A stretch of 64,000 bases of DNA from Ardenticatenaceae bacterium (GTDB taxonomy: Bacteria > Chloroflexota > Anaerolineae > Promineifilales > Promineifilaceae), in contig JALUPA010000539.1 of the NCBI GenBank assembly GCA_027054335.1, forward strand, positions 904 through 64,903, in the 5' to 3' direction. A program made the translations under genes and the position numbers. The notes beneath the pieces were generated by a model. That model worked only from the letters and a program-made list of their open reading frames with translations, did no database searches and was not told the DNA's origin. This document shows positions 18,522 to 28,289 of this stretch, piece by piece (position 1 is the first letter of the stretch; every line of letters begins with the position of its first letter).

Positions 18522-19787
18522 TTGATCAATAAAAACCTCGGAGAGAAGAGAAAGCAGGTGCAAAAAAAGTTTGATATTTATAAACTGATCGATCTATTTA
18601 TCCCCATTTTGGCTGTGCTCATGGCTTTGGCGGTAGGGGCTGTTATTTTGCTCCTCCAGGATGCCAACCCCCTTGAAGCCTACTCGGCCATGTTCAGCGG
18701 TGCTTTTACCAACAAAAATGGCATGGCCGATACTCTGGTTAAAGCCATTCCCCTCTTGTTGGTAGCTTTGGGTGTCGCTATTGCCTTTCGCGGCGGTGTC
18801 ATCAATATTGGCGCGGAAGGGCAGCTTATTATGGGGGCGCTCCTTACTACGTGGCTAGGCTTACAATTAGGCGATACTTTACCTGGCTGGCTGGTCATCA
18901 TCATCGGTATGTTAGGCGGGGCTTTTATGGGGGGCTTGTGGGCCGCTGTGCCCGGCTTGCTTAAAGCGTATCTGGACGTCAACGAGATTCTCAGCACCAT
19001 TATGATGAATCAAATTGCCATTCAGATTGCCTTTTTCCTCCTACGCGGCCCGATGATTGACCCGGCGGAAGTGGCAGCCGGTACCAATATCCCTCAATCA
19101 GCCCGCCTGGCCCGTACCGCTGACCTGCCCCGTTTTACCGATATGGCTAAAGCCCTGGGGTTCACGAAAACAGCCGAAGAGTTAGGTTTGACTGGCTTTA
19201 CGGCCGAATTGTACGGTCTCTTTGTGGAACCGACGCGGCTGCATTCTGGTCTGATCATTGCCGTTGTTTTGGCTATCCTTGTCTACATTTTGCTTTGGCG
19301 CACCACCATCGGCTTTCGTATACGTGCTGTGGGACAGAATCGGGCTGCTTCCCGTTATGCCGGTATTAACGTGAAGCGGTACATCGTCCTCTCTATTACG
19401 TTGGGTGGTGTTTTTGCCGGATTGGCCGGAGCCGTGGAAATTTTGGGGCTGCACCACCGGATGTTTGAACCTACGGCCGTATCTGCCGGTTACGGTTTCT
19501 CCGGTATCGTGGTGGCCTTGTTTGGCTTCCTCAACCCCCTGGGCATCATCCCCTCCGCTATCCTCTTTGGTGGCTTACTGGTAGGCGGCGACAAAATGCA
19601 ACGGGCTATGCAGATTCCCCAGGTCCTCATTACCGTCATCCTGGGCCTTGTTGTCCTCTTTGTCGTCAGCGCCGACATCTGGGTAAAACGACGGGCTACC
19701 CGGCGGGTTTCCGTGGAGGAACCTGACAGCAAGGCCGATTCCGACCCACCAGCGCCTACAACACCTCCTGCGGAGGCGGCTGCATGA
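18522..19787 (+). CDS. BMP/nucleoside-type ABC transporter permease
   Basis: Polytopic membrane protein of the branched-chain/simple-sugar permease fold (INIGAEGQLIMGA). The start is either TTG 18522 or GTG 18558. Confidence 0.8.
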   Translation: MINKNLGEKRKQVQKKFDIYKLIDLFIPILAVLMALAVGAVILLLQDANPLEAYSAMFSGAFTNKNGMADTLVKAIPLLLVALGVAIAFRGGVINIGAEGQLIMGALLTTWLGLQLGDTLPGWLVIIIGMLGGAFMGGLWAAVPGLLKAYLDVNEILSTIMMNQIAIQIAFFLLRGPMIDPAEVAAGTNIPQSARLARTADLPRFTDMAKALGFTKTAEELGLTGFTAELYGLFVEPTRLHSGLIIAVVLAILVYILLWRTTIGFRIRAVGQNRAASRYAGINVKRYIVLSITLGGVFAGLAGAVEILGLHHRMFEPTAVSAGYGFSGIVVALFGFLNPLGIIPSAILFGGLLVGGDKMQRAMQIPQVLITVILGLVVLFVVSADIWVKRRATRRVSVEEPDSKADSDPPAPTTPPAEAAA

Positions 19788-20749
19788 ACGAAAATCTGAC
19801 TATTCTGGCGATTATTCTGGGAATCCTTCACTCCGGTATCCGTCTGGCCACGCCCTATTTGTACGCTTCCCTGGGCGAAATGTTCGGCCAGCGTTCCGGC
19901 GTGTTGAACTTGGGTGTGGAAGGTATCATGCTGCTGGGAGCATTTTTCGGTTTCTTTGCCACCTTTCAGACCGGCAATCCTTGGTTGGGATTTTTGGCGG
20001 CAATGGTTGTCGGTACGTTGATGGGGCTGCTCATGGCTTTTATCAGCGTAACGCTCAAGGCCGAGCAAGGTATCAGCGGTATCGGCCTTTACCTTTTTGG
20101 CCTGGGCGCCTCCAGCCTTCTTTTCAAAACTATGCTGGGTACGGTAGAAGGCGTCAGCGGCTTTGCGCCGCTTAACTTTTGCCTTTCTTCTGTAGGCATT
20201 GATTCTTCCTTCTGCCTCAGCCAGCTTCCTATTGTCGGTGACCTTGTGTTCAGTTACAGCCTGATGACTTATCTTGCTTACGCGCTGGTTCCCATATCCG
20301 CCTGGGTGTTAGGTCGCACGACCATCGGCCTGAAAATTAAGGCTGTCGGGCAAAACCCGGAAGCAGCCGATTCTTTGGGCGTCAGTGTAGACCGCACTCG
20401 CTACATGACTGTCACCTTTGGCGGGCTGATGGCCGGTATTGCCGGGGCGTCTCTCTCTATTTCTTTACTCAATATTTTTCAGGAAAATATGACCAACGGA
20501 CTTGGTTTTATTGCCGTTGCCCTTGTTTATTTCGGCGGCTGGTCGCCGTGGGGTGTTTTAGTCGGAGCTTTGTTGTTCAGTACAGTCAATGCTTTGCAAT
20601 TGTGGGCGCAGGTGTTGGGTCTCAATATTCCGTCGGACGTGGCAGTAATGCTGCCTTATTTGCTGACTATTTTGGCTCTGGCCCTGCCCATTCGTCGCGC
20701 GGCGCAACCGGCTGCTTTAACACGGCCGTTTACCCGTGGTGAAAATTAG
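19784..20749 (+). CDS. BMP/nucleoside-type ABC transporter permease (second subunit)
   Basis: 4-nt overlap with the upstream permease. Homologous membrane topology (LNLGVEGIMLLGA). Confidence 0.8.
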   Translation: MNENLTILAIILGILHSGIRLATPYLYASLGEMFGQRSGVLNLGVEGIMLLGAFFGFFATFQTGNPWLGFLAAMVVGTLMGLLMAFISVTLKAEQGISGIGLYLFGLGASSLLFKTMLGTVEGVSGFAPLNFCLSSVGIDSSFCLSQLPIVGDLVFSYSLMTYLAYALVPISAWVLGRTTIGLKIKAVGQNPEAADSLGVSVDRTRYMTVTFGGLMAGIAGASLSISLLNIFQENMTNGLGFIAVALVYFGGWSPWGVLVGALLFSTVNALQLWAQVLGLNIPSDVAVMLPYLLTILALALPIRRAAQPAALTRPFTRGEN

Positions 20750-20757
20750 TTGGAACA

Positions 20758-20826
20758 GGTAATTGAGTAATTAAGTAATTGGGTAACTGAGTAATTACCC
20801 AATTACCCAATTACCCAATTACCTAA
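20758..20826. repeat. AATTACCC/GGGTAATT octamer-repeat hairpin
   Basis: GGTAATTGAGTAATTAAGTAATTGGGTAACTGAGTAATTACCCAATTACCCAATTACCCAATTACC. Tandem 8-mers in inverted arrangement. Relatives lie at 3114, 22934 and 62677. Confidence 0.85.
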
Positions 20827-20848
20827 TATCACTCTTTGGAGGAGAAAC

Positions 20849-22933
20849 ATGAAAAAACGTAATTGGTTAATCGTCTTACTTGTTGTGCTGGGATTATTGT
20901 TAGCTGCTTGTGGTGGTTCCGGCAGTACGCCGGAGCCGGCCGAACCGACCGCAGCGCCGCCTACAGCAGAACCAACAGAAGCGCCGGCTGAACCCAAACC
21001 CGAACCCACAGAAGCTCCGGCGGAAAGCGTTCCGGCCGAAGGAGATGCGTCCGGTATCGAGCCGATCCGTATCGCTATTGTCATGCCCAGCACCATCACC
21101 GACCTGGCCTGGAGCCAGGCCATCTACGATGCGCTGGCCCGCATTCAGGCAGATGCTGGCGGCGAAGACGTGGTGGAGATCGCCTACACGGAAAATATGT
21201 TCAACGTGACCGATGCGGCTGCGGCTATTCGCGATTATGCGGCTGACGGCTACGACATCGTCATTGCCCACGGCACACAGTATGGTACGTCTCTTTTTGA
21301 GATTGCCCCCGATTTCCCCGAAACCAGCTTTGCCTGGGGCACGGCCACCGATACGGGTAAAGACGCCGGTTTAGACAACATCTTTGCCTATGAAGCCCGC
21401 GCCGAACAGGGCGGCTACGTCGGCGGTGTATTGGCAGCCAATATGTCCGAATCCGGCGTGATTGGTGTAGTTGGTCCGGTGGAGGCCGGAGACGCCAAAT
21501 TGTACATTGATGGCTTTGTGGCCGGAGCCGAAGCAGCTAATCCGGACATAACAGTCAATGTCTCCTACACCGGTTCCTTTGGCGATACGGCGTTGGCGGC
21601 GGAAGCAGCCAATACCCACATTCAGGCCGGTGCGGACGTGTTGACCGGTTCTGCCCAGCAAGTAGTGGGGGCGATTGGCGTAGCTAAAGAGCAGGGTATC
21701 CCCTGGATTGGCACCCAGTCCGACCAAAGCTCACTGGCGCCGGATATTGTCGTGGCTTCTCAGCTTTATAGATGGGATGGCATTTTGCTGGACATTATCG
21801 AAAAACATCAGGCTGGCGAGTTGGGCGGCACAGCTTACGCTCTGACGCTGGATAATGGCGGTCTGGTAATGGACTATCGGGACAATGCCCCGGCGGACGC
21901 CGTAGCCGCGGCGCAGGAAGCGGAAGCCGGCATTATAGCGGGCAGCGTAGACGTGATTGCCGCTATGTCCGGTGAAGAAATGGCAGAAGGCGGTGAGGGG
22001 GAGATGCTGGATATTGAACCAATCCGCATTGCTATCGTCATGCCCAGCACCATCACCGACCTGGCCTGGAGCCAGGCTATCTACGATGCCCTGGTCAGCA
22101 TTCAGGAACAGGCTGGCGGCGAAGACGTGGTGGAGATCGCCTACACAGAAAATATGTTCAACGTGACGGACGCTGCAGCTGCTATCCGCGATTATGCGGC
22201 GGATGGCTATAACCTGGTCATTGCTCACGGCACGCAGTATGGCACGTCTCTCTTTGAGATTGCCCCCGATTTCCCGGAAACCAGCTTTGCCTGGGGCACG
22301 GCGACTGATACGGGTGAAGGTGAAGGGCTGGACAACATCTTTGCTTATGAAGCCCGCGCCGAAGAGGGCGGCTACGTAGGCGGCGTATTGGCAGCCAATA
22401 TGTCCGAGTCCGGCGTGATTGGCGTGGTTGGTCCGGTGGAGGCCGGAGACGCCAAATTGTACATTGATGGCTTTGTGGCCGGAGCCGAAGCAGCTAATCC
22501 GGACATAACTGTGAATGTCTCTTATACCGGCTCCTTTGGCGATACAGCCTTGGCCGCCGAAGCAGCCAATACCCACATTCAAGCGGGCGCGGACGTGTTG
22601 ACCGGTTCGGCGCAGCAGGTGGTCGGTGCGATTGGTGTAGCCAAAGAGGCCGGCGTTCCCTGGATTGGCACGCAGTCTGACCAGAGCGAATTGGCCCCGG
22701 ATATTGTGGTGGCTTCGCAGTTGTACGATTGGACTGCACCGCTGATTGATATGATTGTGAAACATCAGGCCGGTGAGTTGGGCGGTACGGCGTATGCCCT
22801 GACGCTGGAAAATGGCGGCCTGGTGATGGATTATCGGGATATTGCTCCGGCTGATGCTGTTGAGGCGGCGCAGGAAGCGGAAGCAGCCATTATCAGCGGC
22901 GATATTGATGTGACGAGTTTGTTGGGTGAGTAA
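20849..22933 (+). CDS. BMP-family ABC substrate-binding lipoprotein with two tandem, near-identical binding domains
   Basis: Lipobox LLAAC plus a PT/E tether, then two ~300-aa BMP (PnrA/Med-like) domains (IEPIRIAIVMPSTITDLAWSQAIYDAL...) offset by exactly 957 nt. Confidence 0.85.
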   Translation: MKKRNWLIVLLVVLGLLLAACGGSGSTPEPAEPTAAPPTAEPTEAPAEPKPEPTEAPAESVPAEGDASGIEPIRIAIVMPSTITDLAWSQAIYDALARIQADAGGEDVVEIAYTENMFNVTDAAAAIRDYAADGYDIVIAHGTQYGTSLFEIAPDFPETSFAWGTATDTGKDAGLDNIFAYEARAEQGGYVGGVLAANMSESGVIGVVGPVEAGDAKLYIDGFVAGAEAANPDITVNVSYTGSFGDTALAAEAANTHIQAGADVLTGSAQQVVGAIGVAKEQGIPWIGTQSDQSSLAPDIVVASQLYRWDGILLDIIEKHQAGELGGTAYALTLDNGGLVMDYRDNAPADAVAAAQEAEAGIIAGSVDVIAAMSGEEMAEGGEGEMLDIEPIRIAIVMPSTITDLAWSQAIYDALVSIQEQAGGEDVVEIAYTENMFNVTDAAAAIRDYAADGYNLVIAHGTQYGTSLFEIAPDFPETSFAWGTATDTGEGEGLDNIFAYEARAEEGGYVGGVLAANMSESGVIGVVGPVEAGDAKLYIDGFVAGAEAANPDITVNVSYTGSFGDTALAAEAANTHIQAGADVLTGSAQQVVGAIGVAKEAGVPWIGTQSDQSELAPDIVVASQLYDWTAPLIDMIVKHQAGELGGTAYALTLENGGLVMDYRDIAPADAVEAAQEAEAAIISGDIDVTSLLGE

Positions 22934-22990
22934 GTGATTAAGTAATTGGGTAACTGGGTAATGACTCAGTTACCCAATTACCCAGTTGCC
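22934..22990. repeat. AATTACCC/GGGTAATT octamer-repeat hairpin
   Basis: GTGATTAAGTAATTGGGTAACTGGGTAATGACTCAGTTACCCAATTACCCAGTTGCC, starting immediately after the binding-protein stop. Confidence 0.8.
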
Positions 22991-22991
22991 A

Positions 22992-24578
22992 ATGACTATG
23001 GACAAAAATAACCTCCTCCCCTCTGGCCTGCCGCGCATCGAGTCTATGCAGATGCGTGATATTGTGAAGCGTTTTCCCGGTGTTCTGGCTAATGATCACG
23101 TTGATTTTGACGTGAATGCGGGCGAGATTCACGCGCTGCTGGGGGAGAATGGCGCGGGTAAAAGTACGCTGATGAAGGTACTGTATGGCCTGTACCAGCC
23201 GGAGGAGGGGGAGATTTTGCTTAATGGTAAGGTGGCAGACATTCATTCGCCTACGGACGCCATTGAACAGGGGATTGGCATGATTCACCAGCATTTTATG
23301 TTGGTGGATAACTTGAGTGTGGCCCAAAATGTGGCTCTGGGCTTGAAATCAGACAAGGGGCCGGTGCTGGACTTGGCGGTGGTGACAGCCCGGATTCGGG
23401 AATTGGCAGACAAGTATGGCTTGTACGTGGACCCGGACATTATTATCAATCGCCTGTCTGTGGGGGAGCGGCAGCGGGTGGAGATTATCAAGGCGTTGTA
23501 CCGGGGGGCGGCATTGTTGATTCTGGATGAGCCTACGGCCGTACTCACACCCCAGGAAGTAGACGAAATTTTCAAGATTTTTCGCAACATGGCCGTGGAA
23601 GGACACGCTCTTATCTTTATCTCACACAAGCTGGATGAAATTTTTGCCCTGACGGACCGGGTGACGGTGCTGCGTGACGGCCGTGTCGTCGGTGACGTGT
23701 TGACGGCGGACGTGACCAAAAATGAACTGGCTAACATGATGGTGGGCCGGGAAGTGTCGCTGGAACGGCAACGGCCGCCGGTGGCGCCGGGCGAGGTGCG
23801 GTTGAAGCTGGAAAATGTGAGCGCGGTCAATGACCGGGGGCAGCCGGTTTTGCGAAATATCAGCTTTGCCGTGCGCAGCGGCGAGATTTTGGGCGTGGCC
23901 GGCGTCTCCGGGAACGGGCAACGGCCGTTAGCCGAAGCGATTGCCGGTTTGCAACCGGTCAGCGAGGGGCGAATTGAGATGGACGGCCGTGACGTGACCA
24001 ACCTGTCCCCCTCGGAGATGTTCAAGATCGGCCTTTCCTACATCCCGGAAGAGCGAATGCACGACGGCGTCATTAAAAACTTTAACGTGGCGGAAAATCT
24101 GGTGCTGCAAGACCATCAGTTCCCGCCGTACAGCAAGGGTATTTTCCTGAATTTCAAGGAGATTGACCGGCACGCGGACGAGATGATTCGGGAATTTGAC
24201 ATCAAGACGCCGGGAAAGGAAACGGCCGTCAAAAATCTGTCCGGCGGCAATATCCAGAAGCTGATCCTGGCCCGCGAGCTGGACCGCCAGCCCCGCTTTC
24301 TCATCGCCGCCCAGCCGACGCGCGGCGTAGATATTGGGGCGACGGAGTACATCCACGCCCAACTGCTCAAGCAGCGCTCCGAAGGGCTGGCTACGCTGCT
24401 CATTTCGGAAGACCTGGATGAGGTGATGGCCATGTCTGACCGCATTATGGTGCTGTTTGGCGGGGAAATTATGGGCATTGTGGACAGTGACCAGGTGACG
24501 GTGGAGCAGTTGGGTTTGATGATGGCCGGGGAAAAGGCTGAGGAAGTGTTTAGCCAGAAGGAAACTCCTGTAACTTGA
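22992..24578 (+). CDS. ABC transporter ATP-binding protein, duplicated NBD (nucleoside/sugar type)
   Basis: First NBD: Walker A GENGAGKST, LSVGERQ and LILDEP. Second NBD: LSGGNIQK. Typical fused double-ATPase of BMP/CUT2 systems. Confidence 0.85.
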   Translation: MTMDKNNLLPSGLPRIESMQMRDIVKRFPGVLANDHVDFDVNAGEIHALLGENGAGKSTLMKVLYGLYQPEEGEILLNGKVADIHSPTDAIEQGIGMIHQHFMLVDNLSVAQNVALGLKSDKGPVLDLAVVTARIRELADKYGLYVDPDIIINRLSVGERQRVEIIKALYRGAALLILDEPTAVLTPQEVDEIFKIFRNMAVEGHALIFISHKLDEIFALTDRVTVLRDGRVVGDVLTADVTKNELANMMVGREVSLERQRPPVAPGEVRLKLENVSAVNDRGQPVLRNISFAVRSGEILGVAGVSGNGQRPLAEAIAGLQPVSEGRIEMDGRDVTNLSPSEMFKIGLSYIPEERMHDGVIKNFNVAENLVLQDHQFPPYSKGIFLNFKEIDRHADEMIREFDIKTPGKETAVKNLSGGNIQKLILARELDRQPRFLIAAQPTRGVDIGATEYIHAQLLKQRSEGLATLLISEDLDEVMAMSDRIMVLFGGEIMGIVDSDQVTVEQLGLMMAGEKAEEVFSQKETPVT

Positions 24579-24579
24579 T

Positions 24580-24930
24580 ATGAGTTTTTTTAAGAAATTA
24601 TTTGCCAGTGTCCCCACTATTTCTGTGATGGAAGCGCAAGAGAAGATGAAGGAAAAACCGAAGCCGGTGCTGCTGGATGTGCGCACTGTGTCGGAGTACC
24701 GGGAAGGGCATATTCCGGGGGCTGATTTGATACCGCTGCATGAACTGGACGGCCGTATCCGGAAACTGCCCAAGAACCGGGAAATCATCTGTATTTGTCG
24801 CTCCGGGAACCGCAGTAAAGGGGCCACTAAACAACTGTTGGCGGCGGGGTATACGGCCGTAAACATGAAAGGTGGGATGCGGGCCTGGAACAAAGCTGGA
24901 TACAAGGTCAAAAAGGGCAAAGTCAAGTAA
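24580..24930 (+). CDS. rhodanese-like sulfurtransferase domain protein
   Basis: 116 aa with the active-site loop CRSGNRS, LLDVRTVSEYREGHIPGA and GGMRAW. Confidence 0.8.
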   Translation: MSFFKKLFASVPTISVMEAQEKMKEKPKPVLLDVRTVSEYREGHIPGADLIPLHELDGRIRKLPKNREIICICRSGNRSKGATKQLLAAGYTAVNMKGGMRAWNKAGYKVKKGKVK

Positions 24931-24944
24931 AGCGGCGCAAAAAA

Positions 24945-24977
24945 GGCCGTATCCCCGAAGAGCGAAAGGATACGGCC
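24945..24977 (+). terminator. hairpin after the ABC/rhodanese operon
   Basis: GGCCGTATCC-(13 nt)-GGATACGGCC, built from two half-copies of the extended ACGGCCGTATC palindrome. There is no strong T-run. Confidence 0.4.
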
Positions 24978-25165
24978 GTTATGCCTGTCTGCAATCTCCT
25001 GCATTAGACCGTGGCCGGTTGCTGGAGTGGGTCTTGCCGGGAGGAAGATTGGCTTACAGTAGCGCCAGGCACGGGGTATCAAGCTTCTAAATGACCAAGA
25101 CCGTTAACTGCGGGCAAAAAGACAGCATCAACAAAAAATCCGGCCACCCTCGGACTTTTAAGCTG

Positions 25166-25194
25166 TTGCAATTTCAGATTTTCTACGTCATAAT
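25166..25194 (+). promoter_or_regulatory. candidate promoter of the DGR target gene
   Basis: TTGCAA, a 17-nt spacer, then CATAAT, about 60 nt upstream of ATG 25257. Confidence 0.35.
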
Positions 25195-25256
25195 GTAATT
25201 ATCATTCAGCCTGTCGCCGCGTTCGACAGCATAGCGAACACCATATAAAGGTAACT

Positions 25257-28145
25257 ATGCCCGCCTTACCGCCCCAACTGTACAATGAACTGGTAGACCT
25301 GTGTGTACCTTGCTTTACCCGCCCGGAAGAGCGCAAACCCCGGCTCAATCCCATCCTCAGCAGTTGGCCCGGCCGTAACCGCCTCAACTGGCGTAGTAAT
25401 CCGCGCACTTTTACTAAACAACTTCTCTATCGCCTGCCCCCGGAACATATTCAGTCGGTTGTGTACCAATTGCTGGCAGACCAATTAGAGGCAGCCCAAA
25501 TAGAGGGATTGTGCAGTTTGATTAACAGCGTCCTTGATCAAACAACGGCTGCTGCCAATGCTGGCCCTTTTGAACTGTATCACCTGGAAATTGCCTCGGA
25601 ACAGGAAGATGTTTACCAGATAGACGAACAGTTTATCCGCCTCACTTTATTACTAGATCAAGGGGAGGAAACGCAGGGCATACGTTTTGTGCCCGATAGT
25701 AAGAAGAAGGATAAATACGACAGTCTGGCTGCCCTTCTGGACGATATTGACGAGCGGGCTATCGTCCTTTTGGGCAAACCGGGCAGCGGCAAAACCACCC
25801 TGCTGCGCCGCCGCCAATGGGAACACGCCTGGGCCGAACTGGAGACCCCCAACGACCAGGTTTCATTTTTTGTTCCCCTCAACAGTTACCGCAGCCCCGG
25901 CCCCGGCCAGCCGCTCCTCGATCCTTACGATTGGCTGGCGGAAGAATGGCATATCCAATATCCTGATCTACTCGATTTTCGCACGCTTTACCAGTCCGGC
26001 CGGATGCTCCTTCTCCTGGACGGGTTAAATGAAATGCCCCACCGGGACAAGGAAGATTACCGGCAGCGCATTGGCCGGTGGCAGACGTTTTGGCAGCGCA
26101 CCCGGCGCTACGGTAATACCCTGATCTTTAGCTGCCGCAGCCTGGATTACAGCGCCAGCCTCAGCGGTACGGCCGCCCCGGTGCGCCAGGTGCGGGTGGA
26201 ACCCCTCACTGAAGAACAGATAGCCCAATTCCTCAGCCGTTATTTGCCGGAGCAAGGTACGGCCGTCTGGGAAGAACTGCGCCGCGACCCACGCCAGGTA
26301 GAATTGTTCAGCACCCCTTTTTTCCTGCGTCTGCTGGTGGGGCACGTTACTGCTAATAACGGCCGTCTCCCGGCCGGGCAGGCAGACCTGCTCACCGGTT
26401 TTGTCCGCCGCGCCTTGCAGCGGGAACTGGTGGAACACCGCCAGCAGCTTTTCACCGCCGGCCTCCTGCTAACCCAAAACGACCGCGATCAGATTATTCA
26501 AAACTGGTGGGACGAGGATGATCCTTGTGACCTGCCTGACAGCGGCCCCCTGCTGCCTCAACTGGAACATCTGGCCTACCAGATGCAGGCCGGCCGGAAA
26601 AGCGAAGAAAGCGGCCAGGTGCGCCTGCCAGAACAAAAAGCATTGGCTTACCTGCAGCCGCCGGAAATGGCTCCAGACATACTTGCGGCCGGTTGTCAAT
26701 TGAACATCCTGGACAAAGACCCGCCCAAGAAGGAAATCACCTATTTCCACCAGTTGATTCAGGAATATTTTGCCGGCCGCATTCTGGCCCGGCAGCCGGA
26801 ACCGGATCGGCTGACCGTGGCCTGGCGCAGCGCTGAAGTCACTCCCTCGCTGGCCGAAGAACTGGCCCGGCTGGAAGTGAGTGACCCTCTGCCGCCGCTG
26901 CCGGCCGGCGGTTGGGAAGAAAGCGCTCTGCTGGCGGCGGCAATGAACAGGGATCAGGAACAATTTGTTACCAACCTGGCCCAGACCAACTTGCCTTTGG
27001 CGGGCCGCTGTGCCGCCCTGCCGGAAGTGGCTGTCTCCCCGGCGCTGGAGGCGCGCCTGCGGGCTGAACTGGCCGCCCGTATGGCTGACCCCCAGGCCGA
27101 CCTGCGCGCCCGCATTGCCGCCGGTGAAGCATTGGGGCCGCTGGGCCACCCCGATTTTGAGCGGCGGGAGGGGCCGTACGGCCCGTACCTGCGGCCGCCG
27201 CTGACCCCCATCCTGGCCGGAACCTACCCTATAGGTGACGATGACGGCCAGTACGAGGATGAAAAACCGGCGCATACTGTAGAAATTGCCGCTTTGGAGA
27301 TGGCCGTGTACCCCCTGACCAACGCCGAGTACGCTCTATTTATGGCGGCCGGCGGCTACGAAGAGGAGCGTTGGTGGCAGACGGAAGCAGCCCGCGCCTG
27401 GCGGCGCGGCGCAGGCAGCAATGAAGGGCAAAAAGCATATTGGCGCGATGTACATGCGCAGTTGAAAGACATGACTGATGAAGCCATACAAAATTTGTCC
27501 AATATGACGCCGGAACAAGTTGAAGGATTCTTGCAAATCAAACATTTTTCTGCGGAAGAGATGGAAAAACAGGTTGAAAAATGGTATCCCACCGGCAAAG
27601 TTCATACACAGCCGGAATATTGGGATGACGGCCGTTTCAACCAACCCTTGCAGCCGGTGGTGGGCATTACCTGGCATGAAGCGCGGGCCTATTGCGCCTG
27701 GCTTTCAGGGCAAACGGGGGAAACATACGATCTGCCCACGGAAGCGGAATGGGAAGCAACGGCGCGGGGCAAAGCGGGCCGCACCTACTCGTGGGGTAAA
27801 AAGTATGACGCCGCCCGCTGTAACACCTTTGAAACCCACATCCGCCATACCACCCCGATAGGTGTTTTCCCCGACGGCCGTACCCCGGAAAAGGTGGCAG
27901 ATATGAGCGGTAACGTGTGGGAATGGACGTCTACCATTTATAAACCCTATCCTTACGCTGTGGACGACGGCCGTGAAGACCCATCAGACCCCGATTCCAG
28001 GCGCGTCTTGCGCGGCGGCTCGTGGGACGACGATCAGCACTACGCCCGCGCCGCTTATCGCTTCCACGGCAATCCAGGCAACCGTTACGGCAATGTCGGT
28101 GTCCGGGTGTGTCGGCGTGCCGTTCCCCATCTCAACGCCCTCTGA
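25257..28145 (+). CDS. DGR variable protein: NACHT/STAND P-loop NTPase with C-terminal FGE-sulfatase (C-type lectin fold) domain
   Basis: Walker A LLGKPGSGKTTLL and Walker B LLLLDGLNEM, with NACHT-like downstream helices. The C-terminal FGE/SUMF1 domain includes YPLTNAEYALFM, VVGITWHEARAYCAWL, GNVWEWT and LRGGSW. The VR occupies the last ~48 codons. Confidence 0.9.
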   Translation: MPALPPQLYNELVDLCVPCFTRPEERKPRLNPILSSWPGRNRLNWRSNPRTFTKQLLYRLPPEHIQSVVYQLLADQLEAAQIEGLCSLINSVLDQTTAAANAGPFELYHLEIASEQEDVYQIDEQFIRLTLLLDQGEETQGIRFVPDSKKKDKYDSLAALLDDIDERAIVLLGKPGSGKTTLLRRRQWEHAWAELETPNDQVSFFVPLNSYRSPGPGQPLLDPYDWLAEEWHIQYPDLLDFRTLYQSGRMLLLLDGLNEMPHRDKEDYRQRIGRWQTFWQRTRRYGNTLIFSCRSLDYSASLSGTAAPVRQVRVEPLTEEQIAQFLSRYLPEQGTAVWEELRRDPRQVELFSTPFFLRLLVGHVTANNGRLPAGQADLLTGFVRRALQRELVEHRQQLFTAGLLLTQNDRDQIIQNWWDEDDPCDLPDSGPLLPQLEHLAYQMQAGRKSEESGQVRLPEQKALAYLQPPEMAPDILAAGCQLNILDKDPPKKEITYFHQLIQEYFAGRILARQPEPDRLTVAWRSAEVTPSLAEELARLEVSDPLPPLPAGGWEESALLAAAMNRDQEQFVTNLAQTNLPLAGRCAALPEVAVSPALEARLRAELAARMADPQADLRARIAAGEALGPLGHPDFERREGPYGPYLRPPLTPILAGTYPIGDDDGQYEDEKPAHTVEIAALEMAVYPLTNAEYALFMAAGGYEEERWWQTEAARAWRRGAGSNEGQKAYWRDVHAQLKDMTDEAIQNLSNMTPEQVEGFLQIKHFSAEEMEKQVEKWYPTGKVHTQPEYWDDGRFNQPLQPVVGITWHEARAYCAWLSGQTGETYDLPTEAEWEATARGKAGRTYSWGKKYDAARCNTFETHIRHTTPIGVFPDGRTPEKVADMSGNVWEWTSTIYKPYPYAVDDGREDPSDPDSRRVLRGGSWDDDQHYARAAYRFHGNPGNRYGNVGVRVCRRAVPHLNAL
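27998..28126 (+). repeat. DGR variable repeat (VR)
   Basis: 129-nt match to 28290-28418 with 12 mismatches, all opposite TR adenines. Weaker homology (IMH-like) extends to about 28139. Confidence 0.9.
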
Positions 28146-28289
28146 TCTCTGGTTGGCGGGCGTAGCGGTAGCGTAGTCCCGCCCCCGCGCGTTAGCGCGG
28201 TCGCTGCAAATTTTCAAATTTTGTACTCTCCTGATTTTCAGTTAAACTTGACTCAGGTACGCATCATAGTACCTGGGGCAACCTGGCAA

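Noticed and set aside
20758-20826. Possible CRISPR array, because of short tandem repeats
   Set aside because: The repeat units are 7-8 nt with no spacers and are arranged as inverted blocks. There are no cas genes. These are STRR-like simple repeats, not CRISPR.
25009-25074. Long imperfect hairpin with a GGGA loop and GGAAG, superficially like SRP (4.5S) RNA domain IV
   Set aside because: The universally conserved SRP symmetric-loop nucleotides (AGG / AGCA around GGAA) are not present (GUCUUGCC-GGGA-GGAAGAUUGGC instead of GUCAGGUCC-GGAA-GGAAGCAGC). It may still be a structured 3' UTR element, but I cannot call it SRP RNA.
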